A stretch of 64,000 bases of DNA. Source: Desulfatiglandales bacterium (GTDB lineage Bacteria > Desulfobacterota > DSM-4660 > Desulfatiglandales > HGW-15). The stretch spans positions 384,001 through 448,000 of the forward strand of contig CAXXJJ010000004.1 in assembly GCA_963667015.2 (NCBI GenBank), written 5' to 3'. The notes below the pieces were generated by a model. It had not been told where the DNA came from. It did no database searches and saw only the letters and a program-made list of their open reading frames with translations. Positions 9,223-19,122 of this stretch are shown here, one piece after another; position 1 is the first letter of the stretch; every line of letters begins with the position of its first letter. Position numbers and translations under genes: made by a program.

Positions 9223-12200
9223 TTAATACAATGAGTTTAACTGGCTTGAAAGCCATGAACTCTGTGACTGTATTGTCGATATTGCCAGTTCCATGGCGAC
9301 AAAACGGTTAATCATCATTTCCATCTTCTGATCCAGCCTAGTCTGCATCCTATCAATATCATCATCAATCGCATCAATCCTGTCAGAGAGCGAGTTCTGT
9401 TTAAAACCTAAATATCCTTCATATGAATCGGTTATTGAGAAAAGTGTCCTGTCAAATAGTTCAGCTATTCCCAGTGTAAGTTTTAGATTTCCGATTTCTC
9501 CTGTTGTTGAGCCTGTGTATTTGATGATAAGACCGTCTATATTATCTGTACCACCATCGCCGGTGAGGTTCTGCCCTGATCCTGTCGCAGACTCTCCGTT
9601 TATGGTTCCTGCCACATCAAGCCCGTTATCCACGGTTACAGGAGTTGTCATGCTTCCGGTCCAGAGTCCTGAGTCAGTATCTTCCTCGATTGTAAAACTG
9701 TACTTACTGCCATAACTGTCATTTGTTAACTGAAGATGATCACTCCCATCATTGGAAGCGATTATATTCATGGCATATCTTCCCTCGTATCCTCCGCTGT
9801 TACTGGCAAGAACAGACCCGAAAATATCATTAGTGGGATTGGATGTCTGGGAATAATCGAAAGAAATTGATAATTTGCTGCCACCTTCAAAATCATCTGT
9901 TATAACCAGATGGCCGCTGCTGTCGATCGATGCAGCAACATCTCCAAAAGCTGATTCTATTTCTGAGAGAAGACCCTGAATTGTATCAGTGGCGGTATCA
10001 TCTATTGTATAGGAACCGGAAACCTCTACTCCCTTACGTGTTGTTCCTGAAAAAGTTATGATGTCGGTATTTGCAAGATTTGCTCCGTCAACCACACCCC
10101 ATGTAGTTGAAGCACTGACCGGAGAAGAACTTGCCGTAACAGCAGTGTCACCGGCTAATGTTTCTGTATAAACAGTATCAAACTCTGTATTGGCAGCATT
10201 AATAATATCTGCCATGGTCATTCCTGTTGTGAGTGATATTGTTGCTGTTTTATCACCATCTGTTATCGTAACTACTTCATCGCTTGCAAGTGTTCCGCTA
10301 ACTGCCGTATTACTTGTGGAACTGTTTTTAGTCGCCGCCTGGATTATATTAACAGTATATTCGCCTGATTCTGTGGATCTACTGCTTGAAATATATTCAA
10401 TAGTCCCTGAATCAGAAGATCCGGTTACTGAGAATAACTGCTGAATATCGTAAAAATTGGTCTCAAGAAAACCGTTTAATTTATCGCGGTCAACAGAAAG
10501 CTGCCCTTCATTATCAAGGTTGATGCCAACAAGGCCGAGTATTGAAAATTCCGAAGAAACTCCCCATATCGGTTCCACAAGCAGAGATGACAGGTCTGAT
10601 TTTATTGATGACAATGTCCCGTCACCAAAAAGAACACCACCTGTTGTCTCGTTCTCTTCATCATATGACTGCTGTTCATTTATATAGGCCGATACTTCAT
10701 TGTATGCATCCACAAATTCGCTTATTTTATCTGTTATTGCACTTAAATCCCTGTCGATATTAAGGGTGACAGTCGTGCTTGCATCGGAGTCCTTCAGGTT
10801 TAAGGTTACTCCAGTGATAACATCGTTAATGCTGTTATCACTGCTTGTAACTTCAACTCCATCTATTGTGACGGATGCATCCTCGCCTGCGATCAACTCA
10901 CGTTTTCTAACTGTATCAAGTACACTGAATGCTCCCCAGGCAAGGGTTCCTGAAGTTATATTTGAAGAAAGTGAAACTTCAAGCAAGCTTGTGCCTGTTT
11001 CCATATCTTCTACTTCAATAGTTCCGTCAGAAGTTACACGAGCAGTTACATCTCCGCTGATACTTTCAAAGGCTGATTCGACGGCGTCAAGCAGATCCTG
11101 AACTGTAGAAGAAGATCCTATTGAAAATGAAGTGCTTATAGCATTTCCAGTATGATCAAATCCGGTTATGTCTATTGAATCACCCGATGTCCATGCATAA
11201 TATCCGTCAATATCGCTTAAAAGGGTATCGACACTTATGTTTTCACCATTCGAAGTCATGGTGTTTGCTGATGCAGTTCCCTGAACATCGCTTACTCCCT
11301 TGGCAAGGACTCCTATAGTTTCAAGTATATTCTGATCATCTACAAATGTCTGTGTCCCGTCTATCTGAAGTTTATATTTCGTAGCACCGTCTTCTGTGTC
11401 TGTAATCAGCGACGCGGAAATACCGGTTAATGAATCAATCTTTGTCTTTATATCTTCCAGGGAATCAGCAGAGAGATCAATTGCAACACTCTGCCCGCCT
11501 ATCTGCACAGTTCCTGACTGGAATGAGGAAAGACCGAGAAGTGTTTTTATATCCTGAGTAGTACTGGAGAAAGTATCTGACTGGGCGCCTCCGGTTAAGC
11601 TGTTCTTTAAGGACGAACTGCCGTCCTTCCATCCGAAAAGCTCCAGGAGATCATTTGCTGAACCGTTCTGAAGAGATATTCCTGTGTCTCCCGTTTCACT
11701 GTTTGTCAGTATAAGCCGATAATCGTTTGTGCCGTAACTGACTATACTGGCGGTAACTCCCGTTGGATTTGTTCCTGAATTGGCATTGTTTATTCTGTTT
11801 CTTATGTCATCAAGACCATCGGTTTCGTTTATGGAGATGGTTTTGCCGTTTATTATTATATCTCCGGCGTAACTGCTTCCTATTGCATCTGAATAGCTGC
11901 TGAAAGAGGCGGAAGATAATTTCTGTGCTGTTGCTATATTATTCACCTGAATAGAATAGGAACCTGGTGACGCAGAGGATGTGGTAGAGATAGAAAGGAG
12001 GTCTTTGGCGTCAACATCATTATTGTCAGAAGACATGTTTGAGGTATATACAAAAAAATCATCAGGATTAGACAATGCCTGGGCAGAGCTTTTTAATGAG
12101 AGGAGGGTAGAATTGAAGGATCTCCACTCTGAAAGTTGTGTCTCATATTCATTTTTCTGCGATTCCTTAAGATCAACCGGTGCAGCTTCTATCGCAATCA

Positions 12201-12270
12201 ATTGGTCTATCATTGACCGCCAGTCAAATCCGCTGGAAAGACCGCTTATAAGGTTAGTACTTGTAGCCAT
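9223..12270 (-). CDS. fliD: Flagellar filament cap FliD (unusually long, 1015 aa)
   Basis: ISGLSSGFD N-terminus; DASVTIDG...SSDNSINDVITGVTLNL; C-terminal RFVAME...SQSSWL. Confidence 0.92.
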   Translation of the reverse strand: MATSTNLISGLSSGFDWRSMIDQLIAIEAAPVDLKESQKNEYETQLSEWRSFNSTLLSLKSSAQALSNPDDFFVYTSNMSSDNNDVDAKDLLSISTTSSASPGSYSIQVNNIATAQKLSSASFSSYSDAIGSSYAGDIIINGKTISINETDGLDDIRNRINNANSGTNPTGVTASIVSYGTNDYRLILTNSETGDTGISLQNGSANDLLELFGWKDGSSSLKNSLTGGAQSDTFSSTTQDIKTLLGLSSFQSGTVQIGGQSVAIDLSADSLEDIKTKIDSLTGISASLITDTEDGATKYKLQIDGTQTFVDDQNILETIGVLAKGVSDVQGTASANTMTSNGENISVDTLLSDIDGYYAWTSGDSIDITGFDHTGNAISTSFSIGSSSTVQDLLDAVESAFESISGDVTARVTSDGTIEVEDMETGTSLLEVSLSSNITSGTLAWGAFSVLDTVRKRELIAGEDASVTIDGVEVTSSDNSINDVITGVTLNLKDSDASTTVTLNIDRDLSAITDKISEFVDAYNEVSAYINEQQSYDEENETTGGVLFGDGTLSSIKSDLSSLLVEPIWGVSSEFSILGLVGINLDNEGQLSVDRDKLNGFLETNFYDIQQLFSVTGSSDSGTIEYISSSRSTESGEYTVNIIQAATKNSSTSNTAVSGTLASDEVVTITDGDKTATISLTTGMTMADIINAANTEFDTVYTETLAGDTAVTASSSPVSASTTWGVVDGANLANTDIITFSGTTRKGVEVSGSYTIDDTATDTIQGLLSEIESAFGDVAASIDSSGHLVITDDFEGGSKLSISFDYSQTSNPTNDIFGSVLASNSGGYEGRYAMNIIASNDGSDHLQLTNDSYGSKYSFTIEEDTDSGLWTGSMTTPVTVDNGLDVAGTINGESATGSGQNLTGDGGTDNIDGLIIKYTGSTTGEIGNLKLTLGIAELFDRTLFSITDSYEGYLGFKQNSLSDRIDAIDDDIDRMQTRLDQKMEMMINRFVAMELAISTIQSQSSWLSSQLNSLY

Positions 12271-12329
12271 AATACCTCCATGTATTCTACACTGCTACAT
12301 ATGGGAATTTTATTCCCTTTATATCCATT

Positions 12330-12356
12330 ATATCGGAAAAAAATGCCAATAACTTA
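12330..12356 (-). promoter_or_regulatory. sigma28 promoter of fliD
   Basis: TAAG-N15-TCCGATAT. Confidence 0.75.
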
Positions 12357-12383
12357 AAGAAAACAAATGCTTTATTGGAAATA

Positions 12384-12399
12384 TGCAAACTATTTGCCA
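12384..12399 (-). promoter_or_regulatory. sigma54 promoter of fliD
   Basis: TGGCAAATAGTTTGCA (GG-N10-GC). Confidence 0.65.
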
Positions 12400-12415
12400 G
12401 AAAAGTAAAAATATT

Positions 12416-12450
12416 GGTTTATGGTGTGCGGTGTGCGGTTTAAGGTAAAA
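12416..12450. repeat. Five degenerate 7-bp tandem units
   Basis: GGTTTAT GGTGTGC GGTGTGC GGTTTAA GGTAAAA. Confidence 0.6.
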
Positions 12451-12492
12451 AAAACTAAAAACCCCGCAACCGGTTTTCCAGAAGCGGGGCTT
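12447..12492 (-). terminator. Intrinsic terminator after fliC
   Basis: Minus strand AAGCCCCGC...GCGGGGTTTTT followed by a T-run. Confidence 0.8.
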
Positions 12493-12505
12493 ATTTTCAA
12501 GTTAT

Positions 12506-12540
12506 ACTTTGAGCTTTTAGCTTTAGGCTTCTAGCTTAAT
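12506..12540. repeat. Five degenerate 7-bp tandem units
   Basis: ACTTTGA GCTTTTA GCTTTAG GCTTCTA GCTTAAT. Confidence 0.65.
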
Positions 12541-12546
12541 ACCCCG

Positions 12547-13653
12547 TTAACCAATCAGTGAAAGTATATTCTGCGGAGCCATATTCGCCTGAGCAAGCAT
12601 CGCAGTACCAGCCTGCATCAGTATCTGGGTCTTGGTAAAGGATGTCATTTCAGAAGCCATATCAACATCCCTGATTACAGATTCTGCTGCCTGGACATTT
12701 TCAATGGTTGTTGAAAGATTTGCAGCAGCATAGCCGAGCCTGTTCTGGATAGCACCGATTCCACCACGGGCATCATTCAATGTGTCAATAGCATTATCAA
12801 TGCTGGTGAGGAAGGTCTGTGCGTTTGTTGCTGAAAGCATCTGATCTGAATCCAGGCTCAGTGTGCTTGTGCTTACACTGTTCAAGGTTATTCCGATACG
12901 GTCATCAGTGGTATTCTTCGCACCTATCTGGAAGTTAGAGGCAGTTCCTGCATTGGCTACAATATTTCCATCGGAGGCACCATCAAGATCTTCGGTGATT
13001 CCAAGCTTCAGACCAAGCGCTGCAAATGTAACACTTGTATCACTTGTTTCATCTACACCTGATACTGTCTGAGTAACTGAACTTCCGCCTACAGTAGCAG
13101 TTACAGTGATAGAAAAAGATCCTGTACTACCTGTTACTGAAACGCCATATGTTTGGCCATCCAGAAGGCCGTTAGCGGATGATATTCCTGCCGACGCTGT
13201 AAGCCCCTGAGTTGTATCCTGTGTTACACCGAAGCTGCCGTTTAAGAGTTTTGTCCCGGCATATTCGGTTGCATTAGCAATACGATCGATTTCATTCAGA
13301 AGGGCATTGCCTTCATCATTAATCTTGTCAAGGTTTGATCCTGCATTTGCTGAAGAGGCCTGGGTAGCAAGTTCTTTAAGCCTTACAAGCATGTTGCTGA
13401 CCTGGTCGTATGCACCTTCAGCAACCTGTGCCAGTGCGTTTGCTTCTGATACGTTTCTGCTGGCAACCTTGTAAGAAGCAATATCAGCTCTGAATGCAGA
13501 TGAAATAGCCAGACCAGCGGCGTCGTCGGCTGCCTTGTTGATCCTGAAACCGGATGACAGTCTTTCCAATGATTTTGACATCATTGAGTCTGTCTGTGTA
13601 AGGTTTTTGTGGGCGTTCATTGCCGCGATGTTGTTTTGAATTCTTAATCCCAT
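12547..13653 (-). CDS. fliC: Flagellin
   Basis: SLERLSSGFRINKAADDAAGLAI and AAESVIRDVDMASEM...QAGTAMLAQAN. Confidence 0.97.
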   Translation of the reverse strand: MGLRIQNNIAAMNAHKNLTQTDSMMSKSLERLSSGFRINKAADDAAGLAISSAFRADIASYKVASRNVSEANALAQVAEGAYDQVSNMLVRLKELATQASSANAGSNLDKINDEGNALLNEIDRIANATEYAGTKLLNGSFGVTQDTTQGLTASAGISSANGLLDGQTYGVSVTGSTGSFSITVTATVGGSSVTQTVSGVDETSDTSVTFAALGLKLGITEDLDGASDGNIVANAGTASNFQIGAKNTTDDRIGITLNSVSTSTLSLDSDQMLSATNAQTFLTSIDNAIDTLNDARGGIGAIQNRLGYAAANLSTTIENVQAAESVIRDVDMASEMTSFTKTQILMQAGTAMLAQANMAPQNILSLIG

Positions 13654-13806
13654 AGTTTTAATCCTCCATGATTAAATAAATATGTTTTATGTGGCGGTTA
13701 TAAAATAACCGTGGTGAAAATATTGGCATCCTTGCCTGAGTTTTTGTGGAATATTACAGTCATAAACTCACCTGCCTTTCCTCCACTTACTCTGTATTTA
13801 AAAGTA

Positions 13807-13833
13807 ATATCGGGATTAAGCTGAATTAACTTA
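13807..13833 (-). promoter_or_regulatory. sigma28 promoter of fliC
   Basis: TAAG-N15-CCCGATAT. Confidence 0.8.
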
Positions 13834-13929
13834 AATATTTTTTTGAAGTTATTATTAAAAAAATGAAAAGATTTTTATAAATGATGAAATAGGAGTGTTT
13901 ACAGGTAGATAGGTTGATTAATGAAGGGG

Positions 13930-15447
13930 TTAGGGGAGGGTAAAGCGTTTTTCAGCGGCCATTTTATAAAGATATTTTGCCTCTTTTTCTTTTCCAAGTC
14001 TCATCAAAAGGTCTCCTGATCTGGAAAATGGGATATCATACTCTGAAAATATAGTGGCTGCTTTATTATATGTATTAAAAGCTTCTATTATCTTTCCCAG
14101 TCGGGCATACTGATCACCTAAAAGGATATAAGCTTTTATAGAATGCGGTTGTATATGGATTGCTTTTAACAGAACTGAAACAGGATCTTTTGATATCTGG
14201 GATTGGTAAAGGTATGGAAGATAATTATCAGGTTCTATATTAGACCCTTTTTTAAAACATTTTACTGCATGTGAGTTTTTTTCTGGCTCCTGCATTAATA
14301 TCAGCCCTTCAAACAGTTGTTTTTCAAATTCGGTATTTGATAAGATGAGGAACCTTCCCTCTAATAATGCTCCTGGAAAACAACTCCATTTATTGAAAAG
14401 ATCTGCGCTTTTATTCCGTGTTTTTAGGTCCTTCAGATAAAAAGAGAGTCTTTCTGTATTATGGTCAACCTGATGCCTGCAGGAAATTACGTAATCCCTT
14501 GCCTGTTTGGATACATTCTTAATTATTTCACGATTGTTGGCTAAATAATTCAGTTTTTTAGTTAACTCTAATACATTTTTATATAAAAAACCTGTTCTCC
14601 CATTGATTACCGTATCTTTATATGGAGCTATATCAGCCAGGACTGGAACAACGCCAGAAACAGCATATTCAAGAAATTTTACATCTGAACGGGACCTGTT
14701 AAAAGGTGTATCATTTAGAGGCGCAATACCTACATCAATTGTAGAAAGAAAATTATAATAATCATCTATAGAGCCTGTAGAAAAATATCTTATTCTATTT
14801 TTTGGCATACTATTGAATAAGTCAAATATTGGCTTTGAACACATTAAATGCAGCTTCACATCAGATCTGGACAGAACCCAGTCTATTAATGGTTTGACCA
14901 CTGTATTGATATCATCTAAATGCCCGTGTGAACCACCCCAACCGATAGTAAGGTTATTATCATATTGTTTTTCTTTAATAGAAGAGACGCTTATTAATTG
15001 ATTTGTGAAGACCCTTTTATTTGTATTTAGAGTTCCATATAGTTTTTGCAGCTCAGGTACACTAAATTGAAGCCCGTCACAATAATTGGCTAGTTTATAG
15101 ATCAGCCTTATATTTTCCTCGTTTTTATAGAAATTATAGACCGGATTCCATGGCTGAAGGCCATTCATATCATCGGCTATTTCAAAAAAGGTTGGTATCC
15201 CCAGCCTTTTTCTTTCGGCGATGACAGGCAGCATATCCGAATCACATATATCGTTTAGTATTAAAATATCAGAATGTTTAACTACCTCATCCAGCTTGGG
15301 ATGGAGCCTGGATATGCTGACAACAAAAACATTTTCTTCCCTGGACATGGCAAGCCCGGGTGAATAGGTTCTGTAATAGTAATCGCCACTGCTGAAATTT
15401 TGTGGAACATCAACAACGGCAATTAATAAAGGTTGATTTGATATCAC
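13930..15447 (-). CDS. GT-B fold glycosyltransferase with C-terminal TPRs
   Basis: IGWGGS, DVGIAPL..FNRSRSDVKFLEYA and GRTGFL motifs; TPR tail. Confidence 0.8.
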   Translation of the reverse strand: MISNQPLLIAVVDVPQNFSSGDYYYRTYSPGLAMSREENVFVVSISRLHPKLDEVVKHSDILILNDICDSDMLPVIAERKRLGIPTFFEIADDMNGLQPWNPVYNFYKNEENIRLIYKLANYCDGLQFSVPELQKLYGTLNTNKRVFTNQLISVSSIKEKQYDNNLTIGWGGSHGHLDDINTVVKPLIDWVLSRSDVKLHLMCSKPIFDLFNSMPKNRIRYFSTGSIDDYYNFLSTIDVGIAPLNDTPFNRSRSDVKFLEYAVSGVVPVLADIAPYKDTVINGRTGFLYKNVLELTKKLNYLANNREIIKNVSKQARDYVISCRHQVDHNTERLSFYLKDLKTRNKSADLFNKWSCFPGALLEGRFLILSNTEFEKQLFEGLILMQEPEKNSHAVKCFKKGSNIEPDNYLPYLYQSQISKDPVSVLLKAIHIQPHSIKAYILLGDQYARLGKIIEAFNTYNKAATIFSEYDIPFSRSGDLLMRLGKEKEAKYLYKMAAEKRFTLP

Positions 15448-15451
15448 TTTA

Positions 15452-18400
15452 CTATTGTCCTGTAGAGGAATTATATGTGTCCAACTGTTTAATAATGCTG
15501 CTAATTTTTGAAGAACAGTTAATGTCTTCTTTTAGATAGGTGCCTACCTCTATAAAAAGATTCTTAAGATCAGAGAACCCGCTGATAGCTCTATTCCTGT
15601 CAAGCCCTAAACACTCCAGTAACGTATCACAATACCTTACATGTGATTCAATATCCCCTGATTTAAGTTTCAGTTCACACATCGTAAGTATATTGGATGC
15701 GTCATTCCCTTTAAGTTCAAGAGCCTTTTCAATAAAAACCTGGGAATCATCATACTGTCCAAGAGAATACGTAATTTCCGCCAGGATACTCCATGCTTCA
15801 GATCGGTCAGGTTCTGCCTCAGCCGCTTTCATATAACATTGAAAGGCAGATTCAAGGATGCCTCTTTCCAGGAAGCTATTTCCAAGTTTTAGAAGATAAT
15901 GGTAAAAGGATGAATCAAAATTATTAATATTATTAATTAATGTAAAGGCTTTATCATTAAGCCCTTTTTCAGTGTATAATGTGAATAGTCTATTAAAAAT
16001 AAAGTTTTCTTCTGTTCCTATTTTAATAACCTTTTCAAGAGCAATAATTTCATTATTAGCTGATCCGCATTTGTTGTAGTATTTTGCCAGCATATACCAT
16101 GCTCTATACTCATCTGGAGCTTCCTTAATTGCGAGTTCAAGAAAGTGGCCTGCTTTTTCCAGATCACCGGTTTTATCCATATGGTAGGTTCCGATATTCC
16201 ACCAGACCTCCCATTTGTTTTCTGCAGTATTATGTGCCAGGTTATAGTATTTTTCCATTTGTGCAAATTCTGCCGTATTATAGGCAGCATGTCCCATTAG
16301 TAAACATACTGCAGGACCTTCATTCATGGTATTATTAATGGAAAGGCCTGCATTTCCGGGATTCTCTTTATGTTTTTCCAATATGCCAAGGAAATTCTCG
16401 CCATATCGAATCACTTCATTCCACTCCGCCTTTTCAGCAGCCATCATTGCCAGCATATAATAGGAATCCATATGGTCAGGATATTTGTCCAGCGATTTCA
16501 GAGCGTATCTTTTACCCAGGTCAATATCATCCAGAGTGAATGAAGTCATTGATGCTATGAAATGAGTCCACGCATAGAGCGGATGATTGTCATTGTGTTC
16601 ATCAGAAAGCCGGATAGCAGTTTTTGCTTCCTCCAGGGCGTCCTTATTCATGCCTTTTGAAAAATAAGACACACTAAGATAATGATGATATTTGGGATTC
16701 TCAGGATCATTTTCAATTTCTTTTTTGAGCAGGTCTGATGTCCGTTTAAACTTTTGTAGAGACTTTTCCTCATCGACATCATAACCATAATGCCAAAGTT
16801 CGATAGAGGAATAAAAAGCTTTTGTACCACCAATTATTTGATTGTGAACACTTCCTTCATAATGGATTACACCGTTATTTTTAAAAAGTCTTTCAAAATT
16901 ATGAAGTGATTTTTTAGTTCCGCTGGCGTAGCTGCAAAATATATTTACATAAATTATGTCAGCATCTCCTGCATTTTGAATAGCCTCACGGATTCTTATT
17001 CCACTTCCCTCCATTAGTTCTTCGTCACCGTCAATCTGAAAAACCCAGTCACAGGTTGCATACTGCAATGCCTGGTTTCTTGCTGTGCTGAAGCTGTTTT
17101 CCCATGGATGAAAATAGATTTTATCAGTATATTTTTTTGCTATCTCTACTGTACTGTCTGTTGAGCCCGTATCGACTATTATCAATTCATCAACATAATC
17201 TTTTACACTTGCCAGGCATTTATCCAGAAATTCCTCTTCATTCTTGACGATCATACAGCAACTTACTGTCTGTTTTCTCGAATTATCAGGATTCAGTTGA
17301 GTTAAAATATTTTCTGTTGTTGAATCATCAGGATTTATTTTGTGCGCTTTTTCAAGGTATATCCTTGCTCGGTTATTTTTACCTCTACTATGGAAATAGA
17401 GTCCAGCCGCTCTATATACCTGAAATGATTTTTTAGGTTTTTTTGCGGCGTTATTAAAAAAATCCTCTGATTTTTTTTCTTTTCCTGTTTCATAACTGGC
17501 TATTCCCATCAGAACGAGAATGTTCCAGTCCATACCCAGAGTAGAAGATACTAAAATGCCAAATTTATCAGGATCTTTTTCAAACAGTTCGCATAATTCT
17601 ATATATTTTTTTCCGTAGCTGATTACATCATCCCATTTTTTAAGTTCATGATTGACTAAAGTCAGGATGAAGTAAGAGTCAATATGATGATCATTAATCT
17701 TAATGGCTTCCAGAGATATTAATTCTGCATTGTTATAATCCTTTAGCTGATAATATGCCATAGCCGCATTATATCTTGACCAAAGATAGATCGGATTTTT
17801 GTCATTATGCTTTTCTGCCAGCCCAATTGCCTTAGAACTTACATCCAGAGTTTCATGATATAGGCCTTTGGGTAAATAGCAGCATCCAAGATAATGGTAG
17901 GGAAGGGGATTGTCTGGCGTGTCCTCTATATCCTGTTTAAGAAGAGAGACCCGTCTATGGTATTTCTTTTCCGATAGTTCAGCATCGGAAAGGTCATACC
18001 CGTAATGTAACAGACCGATCAGATAGATTTGTGGATTTTTAATGCCTGTAAGTCTGTTATGAACACGACCCTCATAGTGTATGACACCATTATTTCTGAA
18101 AATACGCTCGGCATTATGGCGGCTTTCATCCTCTCCCTTTTTGTAGGTACTGATAATCTGTATCATGATTGCATCGATATCAGGATTTTTAACTGCTTCC
18201 AATACTGTCTTTTTGTCTTTTTTTATTAGTTCTTCATCAGCATCTATTTGAAAAATCCAGTCACCGGTAGCATATTCAAAATAATGATTTCTGGCTTCAC
18301 TGAAGCTGTTCTGCCAGGGGTGAAAATAGACTTTATCTGTATATTTTCTCGCGATATCAACCGTTTTATCCTTTGAACCGGTATCAATAATTATTATTTC

Positions 18401-18580
18401 ATCTGCAATATCTTTTACACTCTTTAGACAGTTGTCCAAAAATAGCTCTTCGTCTTTAACAATCATGCATACGGATATGGTTGGATTATTTTTTTGTTTC
18501 ATAGTGGCAATTGTATAATTGCCAATATCAGTTTTCTTCAACTGTTTTTTCCTTTTTCTATTGTTCTTTGATTTTTTCAT
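15452..18580 (-). CDS. Tandem GT2-TPR glycosyltransferase (probable flagellin O-glycosyltransferase)
   Basis: Two copies of SxCMIVK(D/N)EE...DTGS...FSxARN...WxFQIDxDE...YEGxVHN...HYGY, each followed by TPRs. Confidence 0.88.
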   Translation of the reverse strand: MKKSKNNRKRKKQLKKTDIGNYTIATMKQKNNPTISVCMIVKDEELFLDNCLKSVKDIADEIIIIDTGSKDKTVDIARKYTDKVYFHPWQNSFSEARNHYFEYATGDWIFQIDADEELIKKDKKTVLEAVKNPDIDAIMIQIISTYKKGEDESRHNAERIFRNNGVIHYEGRVHNRLTGIKNPQIYLIGLLHYGYDLSDAELSEKKYHRRVSLLKQDIEDTPDNPLPYHYLGCCYLPKGLYHETLDVSSKAIGLAEKHNDKNPIYLWSRYNAAMAYYQLKDYNNAELISLEAIKINDHHIDSYFILTLVNHELKKWDDVISYGKKYIELCELFEKDPDKFGILVSSTLGMDWNILVLMGIASYETGKEKKSEDFFNNAAKKPKKSFQVYRAAGLYFHSRGKNNRARIYLEKAHKINPDDSTTENILTQLNPDNSRKQTVSCCMIVKNEEEFLDKCLASVKDYVDELIIVDTGSTDSTVEIAKKYTDKIYFHPWENSFSTARNQALQYATCDWVFQIDGDEELMEGSGIRIREAIQNAGDADIIYVNIFCSYASGTKKSLHNFERLFKNNGVIHYEGSVHNQIIGGTKAFYSSIELWHYGYDVDEEKSLQKFKRTSDLLKKEIENDPENPKYHHYLSVSYFSKGMNKDALEEAKTAIRLSDEHNDNHPLYAWTHFIASMTSFTLDDIDLGKRYALKSLDKYPDHMDSYYMLAMMAAEKAEWNEVIRYGENFLGILEKHKENPGNAGLSINNTMNEGPAVCLLMGHAAYNTAEFAQMEKYYNLAHNTAENKWEVWWNIGTYHMDKTGDLEKAGHFLELAIKEAPDEYRAWYMLAKYYNKCGSANNEIIALEKVIKIGTEENFIFNRLFTLYTEKGLNDKAFTLINNINNFDSSFYHYLLKLGNSFLERGILESAFQCYMKAAEAEPDRSEAWSILAEITYSLGQYDDSQVFIEKALELKGNDASNILTMCELKLKSGDIESHVRYCDTLLECLGLDRNRAISGFSDLKNLFIEVGTYLKEDINCSSKISSIIKQLDTYNSSTGQ

Positions 18581-18754
18581 TCATTTCTCCTGCAGATCAG
18601 AAACTTATTGGAGTTTAAGTTGAAAGGTTTTAAGTTACTTGTTCACTTATACAAAGCTTTTGCTTTGAAATTGTCTGGTATTTGAAGAGTGAGTAGTAAG
18701 ATTATTAAATTATATAAAAAGTGTCTATTTAGGCAGAGATCATATCTATTAAGC

Positions 18755-19111
18755 TTATTTATTAAAAATGGTATGTTCCATAATATCACGCGGAGTGATA
18801 ACTTCAACAAGGTAGTTATTCTTATCTATTACAGGAATCAGTGATATGTTTTTCTGTTTGAAAATATTGAATGCCTGGTTTAAATCGACTTGATTTAAAT
18901 AAATAAACGAAGGTTTTATAAGCTTTTCAATAGGAGCATATATTGATTTACCTTCAACCAATGCGTGTATGATATCTCCAAGCGTAAGTACACCGATGAC
19001 CTTTTCTGTATCACCTAAAACGATAACACCGCGTTCGCGGATAGTTTCAATAACATTCATTACTTCAAGCAGAGTATACTTTGTCGTAACACAAAAATCT
19101 TCTTTTTTCAT
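18755..19111 (-). CDS. Stand-alone CBS-pair protein
   Basis: GVLTLGDI and LIPVID CBS motifs; 118 aa. Confidence 0.75.
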   Translation of the reverse strand: MKKEDFCVTTKYTLLEVMNVIETIRERGVIVLGDTEKVIGVLTLGDIIHALVEGKSIYAPIEKLIKPSFIYLNQVDLNQAFNIFKQKNISLIPVIDKNNYLVEVITPRDIMEHTIFNK

Positions 19112-19122
19112 ATCTCACCTCA

